64,000 nucleotides of DNA from the human T2T-CHM13v2.0 reference genome, Homo sapiens, in assembly GCF_009914755.1 (NCBI RefSeq), contig NC_060934.1. One strand, 5' to 3'. The notes under the pieces were generated by a model. It saw only the letters and a program-made list of their open reading frames with translations, made no database searches and had not been told where the DNA came from. Position numbers and translations under genes: made by a program. Positions 52,659 through 64,000 of the stretch are shown here, piece after piece. The stretch's first letter is position 1. The number at the start of each line of letters is the position of its first letter.

Positions 52659-55450
52659 TTCTTTAGGATTTGGTACATATAAGATCAAATAGTCTGTGAA
52701 CAGAGATAATTTCAATTCTTTCTTTCCAGTCTGAATGCTTTTATTTATGTTTCTTGCCTGATTGCTCTGACTGGGATTTCCAGTACTATGTTGAATAGAA
52801 ATGGTAAAAGTGGACATTTTTGTCTTGTTCCTGATCTTAGGAAAGAAGCTTTTAGTCTTGCACCATTGAATATAATGTTAGCTACAGGCTTTTTATAAAT
52901 GGTTATTATGTCAAGGTCGTTTTTTTCTATTCTTAGTTTGTTGAGTGTTTTTATTTTGAAAGGGTGTTGAATTTTGTCAAATGCTTTTGCTGCATCAACT
53001 TAAATGATCATGTGTTTTTTCCCCTTTCTTCTGTTAATATGGCATATTACATTGATTGATTTTCATATGTTGAATCATTTTTGTATTCCAGAAATAAATC
53101 ACCATTGGTCATGGTGTATGATCCTTTTAATATGCTGTTGAAGTTAGTTTGCCTGTATTTTGTTGAGGATTTTTGCATGAATCTTCACAGAGATATTCAT
53201 CTCCAGTTTTATTCTCTTGTAGTGCCATTGTCTGGTTTTGGTGTCAGGATAATGCTGGCCTCATAGTATGAGTTAGGAAGTGTGCCCTCTTTTTAATATT
53301 TTTGGAAGAGTTTGAGAAGGATTGTCGTTAATTATTCTTTAAATGTTTGGTAGAATTCACCAGTGAAGTGATCTGGTCCTGAGATTTTGTTGTTATTGTG
53401 GTAGAGAAGTTTTTGATTACTAATTCAATCTCTTTTGTAAGTGATACCTCTTCAGATTTTCTACTTCATCATGATTCAGTCTTGGTGAATTGTGTGTTTC
53501 TAGGAATTTGTCCACTTCATCTAGTTTATCCAATTTGTTGGCATACAAATGTTAACAGTACTCTCTTATAATCATTTTTAATTCTCTGTAATTGGTAATA
53601 ATTTTCCCTCTTTGATTTCTTGCTTTAGTTATTTATGTCCTCTCTCCTAGTAAATCTGCTTAAAGGTTTTAAAGGTTTCGAAGAATCAACTCATGGTTTT
53701 GTTGATTTTCTCTACATTTTTATTCTCTATTTTATTTATCTCTGCTGCATCTTCATTATTTCCTACTTTTTTTGTCACCTTTAGGTTCAGTTTGCTCCTC
53801 TTATTCTTGTTCCTTAAAGTGTAAAGTTACGTCATTGATTTCATATTTTTCTTCCTTTTTAAATTTAAGCTTTTAGAGCAACAAATTTATCTCTTAGCAG
53901 TACTTTTGCTGGATTCTGTAAGTTTTGCTATGTTGTATTTTTATTTTCATTTGATTCAAGATATTTTCAGTTTTCTCTTGTAATTTCTTCTATTGGTTGT
54001 TTAATAGTGTACTGCTTAATTTCTACATATTTGTGGATTTTCCAGTCTTCTAGTTTCATTACATTTTGATCATAAAGGATATTTAGCATAGCATGTTTTC
54101 AGTCCCTTTAAATTCATTAAGGCTTGTAATGCAGTCAAACACATAGTCTATCCTGAAGAATATTCCTGTGCACTTGAGAAAAATGTGTATTCTGTCACTG
54201 TTGGGTGCAGCATTCTGTATATGTCTGTTAGATCCAATTGGTCTATAGTGTTGATCGTGTCCTTTATTTCTGATTTTCTGTCTCATTGTTCTATCCATTA
54301 CTGTGGATATTGAAATCTACTATTATTGTAGAGCTGTCTGTTTTCCCCTTTAGTTCTGTCAGTGTTTGTTCATATATTTTGGAGCTCTAAATTTTGGTAC
54401 ATATATGTGTATAATTGTTATGTCTACTTGGCAAATTGACCATTTTATCATTTTCCCATTTTCTTCTTTGTCTCTTGTAAAAGTTTATGGCTTGAAGTCT
54501 TTTGTAGATAGTATATAGTTGCATCAGATGTGTTCCTTTATAAAATTCATTCTGCCAATCTGTTTTTTGATTGGAGAGTTTAATCCATTTACATTTAAAA
54601 GACCAATAGAGAAGAACTTACCATTATCATTTTTTGGTTGTTTTTCGATGTTATAACGTTTTTGTTACTCATTTCCTCTAATACTATCTCCCTTGTATTT
54701 AGTGTATATTTTGTAATGACATGTTTTGATTCTTATTTTCTTTGTGGTTACCATGGGGATTATACATAACATCCTGAAATTATAGCAACTTATTTTAAAC
54801 TGATACCAACTTAACTTGATTGCTTATAAAAATTCTACTGCTTTACAGCCCTGCCCCCACACTTTATGTTATTGATGTCACAAATTACGTTTTATATATT
54901 GTATCCCCACTTAACATAGATTTATAAGTATTTTTATGTATTTGTGTTTGAAATTCAAGATAAAAAAAGTGGCATTAACTAAAATTACAATACTACTGGG
55001 TTTGATAATTTTCCATGTAATTACTTTTACTGGAGAACTTTACATTTTCATGAGACTTCAAGATATTGTCTAGCATCCATTCATTTCAACCTAAAGGGCT
55101 TCATTTAGCATTTCTTGTAGGGCAGATGGAGTGGTAATGAACTCCATCCATTTTTGTTTATCTGGGAACAAAAATTAATTTTTTTTCTCATTTTTGAAGG
55201 ATAGTTTTCCAGATATAGAATTCTCAGTTGACAGGTTTTTATCTTTCAGCACTTTAAATATATTATCCCTCTGCCTTCTAGCTTGCAAGTTTTCTGCTGG
55301 GAAATTCACTGATAATCTTGAGAGTCCCTTGTATGTGATAAATTGCTTTTCTCTTGCTGCTTTTAAGTTTCCCTTTTTTTTTTTTTGTCTTTGTCTTTTC
55401 ACAGCTTGATTATAATGTCTTGGCATGGGTTTCTTTAGATTTGCCTTGCA

Positions 55451-55795
<345 letters not shown>

Positions 55796-56217
55796 CTAGA
55801 TGCATGTCTTTCCTTAAATTTGTGAGGTTTTTGGCCATTATTTCTTCAAATAAGCTCTCTTCCCCTTTCTGTTTCTCTTTTCTATCTTGAACTCTCATAA
55901 TGTATATATTGGTCTTGTTGGTGGCGTTCTATATATCCCTTAGGCTCTGTTTATATTCCTTCGTTCTTTTTTCTTTTTGCCCTTCAGATGATAATTACAA
56001 GAAATTTGTCTTCAAGTTCACTGACATTTTCTTCTGCCTATTCAAGTCTGCTCTTGAACTCCTTTAGTAAGATTTTCAATTCAGTTATTTTATTTTTTAT
56101 ATCCAGAATTTCCATTTGGTTCTGTTTAATAAATTTATCTGATTTTGTACAGTCTGTCTTATTATAGATACTTTCACATGTTCCGTCTATCTCTATTCTC
56201 TGAAAAAAAATGCATAA

Positions 56218-56601
<384 letters not shown>

Positions 56602-56624
56602 TGAAATTTTTCTATGGACTCTTT

Positions 56625-57080
56625 TATATTCATTTCTATTTAATATTCACCAAATATTTATGGACTATCTACTATGTGTCAGGCATGGTTTTAAAGTCTT
56701 TGAAGTACATCAGTGAAAAAACAGGACAAACATTTCAGGCCTCAAGGGGCTTACATTCTGGTAGTGGAGAAAACAAAACATAATTACAGGAAATTATGTA
56801 GAGTGTTAGGAAGTGATAAGTGTTATCAAAATAGAGCAGGGTAAGTGAGACAAGGAGTTGGGAGGCAAGATGGGATGCAGGAAGTAAGACTGGGATTGTA
56901 AGTAAGATGATCAGGGTGGGACTTATTGGGGAGGTGATGGCTGATGTAAGACTTGAAGGAAGTGAGGGTGTGAACCATGTCAATATCTGGAGAAAGAGCA
57001 TTCTAGGCAGAGGGAACACAGATAACCCAATGGGAAACCAGCCCTGCTATGTTTTAGAATGAGCATGAAGCCAGTTTGGT
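56625..57080 (-). mobile_element. L2 3' region
   Basis: attcaccaaatatttatggactatctactatgtgtcaggca...agagcattctaggcagagggaaca. Confidence 0.8.
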
Positions 57081-58659
57081 TATTTTATTAAAGAAGAATT
57101 AGGTGCATGTTTACAAAAACAAGCAGAATAATTGTTGAGATGAATCTGAAGATCCTGAAGATACGTTTTTCATTGTATTATGATCAACTTTTCTATCTTA
57201 AAAAAATCCAAAAGCTCAATATATAATAAATCTATTCAAAAAGATGAGTATTCATTTCAAAAATGTAGCTTTGCTAGTACCTTTTCAGAATTATGGTAAA
57301 TGCACATATCAAATTATGTTAAATATATATGTTGAAAATAATTATTTGGCTTACATGATCATATAACTAAGAACTTATTTATATGTTTTAATTTTATAGG
57401 CTAGAGAATTACTTTTCATTCTTTGCATGCTAAAGTATTAGGGAAAATATATGAACATTCATTTTTATGTCAAATGCAATTTACCATAGTTATTAAGTAA
57501 TTAGTTGTTTACTAGCTGTGACATTCTATTTCATTCTTAAAGAATAAACAGCTTTGTATGGAAAAAGTGTAGTTTAGCAGTCAAGAGACTTGATTCTAGC
57601 CTAATTCTTGAAATTATTTAATGTATTATTTTGAAGCAGTCATTATAAATGGCTTCATTTTACCTATGTGTTGGGAGTTTTGTTCATTTGCTTTATATGG
57701 AACATGACTAGGTGTATTCTGTTTCCAAAATGCCTCTTTTTTGTCATTTTGTGACTTTTTTAAATAATGTTTTACACTATATTGATACACTGCTTTAAAT
57801 ATTTGTCTGATTGAGAACTGTTAAAGAAAAAATTGCATTTTAAACAAATTCCTGCTTATTTTTAGTGTCAGCTCAAATCTTTTCCTGACCACTTCAGAAT
57901 TTTTTCTGAATCTTTTCCTGGTCAGTTCAGAATAAACTGCTTTTCACCTGGGCTATTACAGCACTTTATGCATATTCTTATTATTTATCACTTTTTATAA
58001 TATGTTATAGTTACATGTTTATTAATCTATCCATGAGTTTTCTATCTTTGTATTTCCAAAACTCATAAAAATACTTTGCACATATTTGTTGTTCAGTCAA
58101 TTTTTCATTGAATTCTTATGTCTGTGTATTGAAAAACTAACAGTTAACTCCTGAGAGTTAATATATCAGAAATGAAGACTGTGTTCAATAACATTACTGC
58201 TTGAAAGGCAGTATTCCATGTAATGAATGTTTCTGTTGGTTGACAACTCCTATTTCAGACCTTTAACAAGATTTAATTTGGTTTTTTGGTCTAACGTTTA
58301 TGTTATAGAGATGGCATAAATGCTTATTTGCATGACTCAAGTAGATGTAAGAAGTAGTGATTTTGTCACTGATTATGAAATTGTTAAAGAGGATGATTAT
58401 TACTGATTACCTCTTTGCATTTTGGATCAAAGACATGAATTTCATAAGGATTAAGTGTTCTAAGAACTATTCAGAAGTGTGTTTTTATATAGTAATACAA
58501 TTTTTAGCATGCATTCATAGCCATTTACTCGATAATGTGCCCGTAAGTATAATGAATCAGAATATGCTCTTTATTGTGTTTTGGATTTTCATGTTCTTTT
58601 CAGTTCTCCCTAAACCTTATTTCGCTTCCTAACTTAAAAAAAGTATTTTTCGAAGAACC

Positions 58660-60560
58660 CTATTCATTTATTTATTCAACAGCTATATATTTAACATTTA
58701 CCGTATTTTCTAGGTACAGAGTAAGGCCAAATCTATTATTAGATTTGGAAGTGAACAAAATAGATTAGGTCTCTGCTGTCAGAATTAACAATGAACAAAT
58801 AAACATTTGCCCATTTAGTCAATATTTATTGATTGCCTACCATGTACTAGGCATTGTTTTGGGAATTGTGGATACAGTCATAAAATAACAAAGCCCATAC
58901 CCTCATGTAGCTTACATTCTAATGAAAGAATAACAGGATAAGTGGAGAAGGCTAACTTCATAAAGGTTGGTCAGGGAGGGCCTTTCTAAGAAATTGACAT
59001 TTGAACTGAGATCTACAGGACAAGAAGGAACCAAAGGAAAAGGCTATTTGAGGACAAACAGCAGTTACCCCGGCTAGCAATGAACTTACTATGTTTGATG
59101 CACATTGGTTTGTAGCTTTTGAGGTCAGAATATTAAGGATTTATTATTCCTTCCATTTTTTTCAATAAATTATGAAGTACAGGCATCACTTGTAAAATTT
59201 GGTAGGAGAAGGTAAACAGCAAAGAGGGAACAATTTGTAGAGAGACAAATTTGAGGAAAGATATCACTTTGAAATAGTAATTCCAGAGAACAGGGAATAT
59301 ACAAACAACAGAAGTGCAGTAGGGTTGCTGGGCAGAGTTGAGAGTTTACTTGTCAATGTGTTATCCTGAATTTTAAGTGAAACTAGTCAACATGGTTGTA
59401 TGGTTTTCTCAGTTATGGGCACAGATGTGAAGAAGATGTAGTATTTAACCAGAGTTGTTTTCACCCTCCAGGAGAATATGATGGAAAAAGGGAGGAACAA
59501 GAGTGTTTAGGGCCTTTGTAAAGACGTCACAATAATACAAGGCTTAGAGTCTATCCTGAGGAAGGAGAAATGAGTAGGGAGTGAAAAATTAAGAGGGCTG
59601 ATGGGCTTAAAGAAAGTTAAAGATCAGTGGATTGGTGATGTGAATAAAGGTGAAAGTTGTGAGTGTGGCCAGACAAGTGAATTTCATGGGCTAATATGGA
59701 ATATTAATTTATATTGAAAAGAGTGTGGTTTGTATAGATAATTGAAATAATGTGAGGGCTACCAGAAGTGCTAAGAACACTTTCCTTTCTTTTATTATTC
59801 TCACCCTTTTTTGTAGTTTTATAGAAATGATATAATATAGGGAGAATATAGAAAAGAGCATTACTTGGAAGAAAACATAAAATGTCCTTTATAAAGTCAC
59901 TTGATCTCACTGACCTATTCTTTTAATTAATTGACAAATCAATTAATTATTTCAGCAGTGTGCCAGGTATTGGACATACAGTAATGATATCAGATACATA
60001 AATGCTATCTGATTTATAATCACAATAACGGTACCAGTGGTGATATAGGATAGTGATATTATTGATAATATTGATAATGATATCAATAAATGGTCTCATT
60101 GGCCATATTCTTTAATTAATTAATCAGTCAATCATTTCAGCCCTGTGCAGTTGCTGCACATACAGTAATGATGTCAGATAACAGCAGCGTAGAGTGCTGC
60201 TGGAGTACCGAGGTGGTGCATGCAACCCAGATGGGGTGGAGAGTAGTCACACTTGTATGAAGTGGTCTCTAAGCTGAGGTCTGAAAGATTAGTAGGTTTT
60301 GCAATTTAGCAAAGAAGCCACAGGCAGAGGGGGTCAGGAATAGTGTATATTAAAGTCCTCAAGAAAGAAATGCCTTGAGGTATAAATAGCTGAATCATAG
60401 TATATGAGAGAAGAGGCTGGAACATTAAGCAAAGGCCATATTTTAAAGAATTTGGTAGGTTATGTTAAGGAAATTCCATCCTAAAAGCCATGTTAGAGGA
60501 CCCATTATTGAGTTTTGCATAGAGAAGTGACATAAAACGTGATCACTTATAAAATGCAAG
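58660..60560 (-). mobile_element. Several degraded L2 fragments
   Basis: Repeated L2 3'-end motifs (cattcatttatt..., tatttattgattgcctac..., aaggttggtcagggagggcc). Boundaries are approximate. Confidence 0.55.
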
Positions 60561-60955
60561 ATCTGCTTAAATGAGGAAGTTGAATTTTATCTTCTCTAAG
60601 GTTCATTCTAAAATTATTTGATTTGTTGTGATACATGAGTATAAAGAAGAAAATCAAAATTATATAAATATGCCTCTTATTTTAATCTAAAAAGAATTAA
60701 CAGCAATTAATAAGAGACTAGATTGGACATAGAAATAAAGCCCTGCTTACAAAGCATTATTAAATTCATATTAATGTTTGCAAATGAGAATTGAAATTCA
60801 AATTTCCTGTGACTCTGAAATATGTTTGGTTGCTGTTGAATATTTTCTATCATATCAGTGAAAATATTCGCTAATTTCCCATGGGTTTGTGTGTGCCATT
60901 TGATATCCTCAATCAACTGTAGATGAAACTGTACTTCTTATCTCCAGGTTTTTAA

Positions 60956-61153
<198 letters not shown>

Positions 61154-63728
61154 TAATTAGCTTTATTTTTATCTGTATGAAACACTTAAAAAGACTGTAT
61201 TTTATCTTGATTTATTCATCACAATAGCAGTCTAAAACAGGTTACAATTTGAAGATAAATGTAAAAGAGAAGTCTACTTATTTGCTTTTCCAAATTTCTG
61301 TGCTTAGTATATGTAATAAGGCACAATAAGTACTTGATGAATAAATGCATAAGCACGCAAAAATGCAGCTCTCAACCGACAATATTATTAAAGTTGACTG
61401 AATGTTATTTTAGACATGAAAAATTGTAAAGATACAAACTCAGGGGTCTAGAAGTAATCCTGAAATGGCATCTTAACCATATCTTCTTTTCGTCCTGTGT
61501 TTATTTAGGCTTCAGGAGGTATTTCTCTTAGGCCAAACTAAAGAAGACTTTTTAAAATGAAATTTATTTCAGAGAAAGAAAATTAATTTTCAGGTTTGCT
61601 TAAATGTTTCCAAAGCAGACATGGTGTGGATTTATAATCAGGGCAAAGTTCCTTATTGTGAAGAATTAAATTTCATGTTCAGCTCTGCTAGTCTCTGCTT
61701 ACAGGAGGCCACAATGGGGGCCCCATTTGCTTTTTTTTTTTTTTTTTAAGTAGCAGTTGTGATAAGCGAAACTGCCAAACCTTTTCTCTGTTGTTAAGAG
61801 CATGAGACTACTGAGATTCTATCTTCTGGTAATGAGAGCTGGCAGTTTCAGAATATCTTCAGGTTGCTGGGAGACACCTTTCTCTCCCATAGCACATGGG
61901 AGAGCCAGAATGAGCTCAGTAATCAGATGCTCCCCAAACATCTATTGAAAGCAACTGCTCCAATTAACAGACTCTTGCACACATGATGGGAGCATGGCAT
62001 GATGAAAATGATGTAATGTGTATAGAGAGGACATCAGAGTGCTAGGTCCTTGTTACACTCATCTACTAACTGTGAGATGCTGCAAAAGGTCTCTGAGTCT
62101 CCATTTGTTCGTCTTAGGGTTGCTGTTTCTTTTTTTATTTTTATTTTTTGATAGTTTATTTCTGCTAAACCCATTATAACTACACTCTTCCATATTATTT
62201 TGAGCAGAGGAGAAAGGTAGGGGAGGTTTATTTTAAAGCAATAAATTAAATAAATACACTGGAGGAAAAAAAATGAGACTCAGTATGCCCAGGCTTAACT
62301 GTTGCTGAATGTCTTCACATTCTCTTGGAAACTTCTAAGCATTTAAACTGAAGGAACAGAGGTACAAGTTAAGTTCTACCAAAGTGACTATACCTCTCTT
62401 TCCTGTAGCCTTTGCATTAGGGATTCAGGTGTGTGGCAGCAAGAGAAAGAAATTCAGCCCAATCCCATTGTCTGGCCCCATAGTGTATCTCTTTCTCTTC
62501 CTTCTTAATGGAGAACAAATGGCTTATAATCCATGTAACGACTATTCTTTCATAATTTACTCACATATGGTATACCTACAAGCCTTATAAGTCCCCCCTA
62601 TTTAGTATAATTTAATGAAATATTGATTTCATGACTATTAAGCTTAATTTATCCTTTTGCTTTCATTCTTGTCACAGTACATATACATTTTTCTAAGAAT
62701 TATTTATTTACTCTTCATCATGTCACAAGTCAAATAAAAAAGATTTATAACCAAGAGATTATAATCTTAAATAAATTTAAATGCATCCAAACATCTTGCA
62801 AAGATTTGCTTATTTTAAATTAAAGGAGTCTTACTCTTACATATTTTTAATCAGTCATTTTCTTTTCAAGAGAGGAGTTGAATGAGTAAGATGAGAAGGT
62901 AGCAGGCTCGGAGTCTATATCTGGATTTTACAGTAACCAGCTCTGACTTCAACTTCTCAGGGCTTAACTTTATGCCTTTAAAATTAGAGCTCAGATTTAA
63001 ATTTCTACCTCTATGATTCCATGATTCTATAATAAAACAACATAGGCATTAAATGTCACTGTAAAAGCAGTATTAATAAGGCTTTCTCTTATTTATTGCT
63101 GTATGAATTGTTTCATATATATGCGATTTTCTAGAAATATGTCTAAGTGGCTGTCTTTCATTCTGATTGATAAGATAGCAACGTGTTCTTCTTTTGGTGA
63201 ATGGACCTTTAGATCACTAAAGGTTTTGTGCAATCTTTTATAACTTAACTCTATTTGAGTTTTTTGGAAAAGTGGGAATTTATTGTTTGTATGACTGATT
63301 TTTGGATAGCTTCTAAATATCCTATTTTCCAAAGAAACAAAATGAACCAGATTTCCAGTCCTAAAATTTATTATTTCAGGTCAATGGCTTTGCCCTTGTA
63401 ACAAAGTTAATAATACAAAAAAGCAAAATCATCTGGAGTAGCTCTCCATAGATGTTTACTTATAATTGCAAATAAAAATAACATTTTATTTATCCATTTT
63501 AAAATTTGATGAAATTAATATAACTTGAGATTCACTTGATTAGCATGAAAATCACAATCTCTCCCCTTAAATTATGTAATGAGAAATTACAATACATAAT
63601 ACTAAGCACAGTAAAAACTATTATGACCTTGACATAATGAAATTCTGTATTTGGTATTCTATAATCTGTTTCTTTGACATTACTCATGGTTTTCTCACAG
63701 TTCTATTCTTATGACTTTTTGAAACTAG

Positions 63729-63899
<171 letters not shown>

Positions 63900-64000
63900 T
63901 AGAGTGTGGTTCTGAAATGACTTGTTATACTATTTATGTAACATTGATATCATAAAAACAGTTCTGATAAGTTCCTGACCAGCCATGAATGTTGTGCCTA

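Noticed and set aside
60923-60955. Intronic ATG in frame with the MYO3A start, after an upstream AG at 60921-60922
   Set aside because: It hits TAA before the main ATG, so it cannot produce an N-terminal extension.

Overview
This is primate, almost certainly human, genomic DNA: about 43 kb of repeat-rich upstream sequence followed by the 5' end of MYO3A (myosin IIIA, the DFNB30 gene on 10p12.1) on the + strand. A CpG-island promoter lies at about 42.7-44.0 kb. Two non-coding exons are inferred at ~43075-43174 and 44590-44676. Two coding exons (60948-61132 with the ATG at 60965, and 63729-63863) encode residues 1-101 of the N-terminal kinase domain. The gene runs off the end of the window. The upstream region holds many LTR elements, most with readable target-site duplications: a solo HERV-H LTR7, a full-length THE1, and LTR9-, LTR19-, LTR27/28-, LTR39-, MER4-, MER34-, MLT1- and MLT2-like copies. 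It also has Alus, MIR/L2/L1 remnants, DNA-transposon fossils and a U4 snRNA retrocopy. Intron 2 is dominated by an antisense L1M. Apart from the MYO3A exon, the ORF track is repeat-derived or chance. I found no convincing previously undescribed biological system. The best leads are regulatory: a splice-created out-of-frame uORF overlapping the MYO3A start codon, a cryptic 13-bp purine-rich minisatellite downstream of exon 1, an LTR7 with a mutated SOX motif, DUX4 motifs in sense THE1 LTRs, and a competing acceptor at exon 4. Repeat subfamily names come from my memory of consensus sequences and need RepeatMasker/Dfam confirmation.
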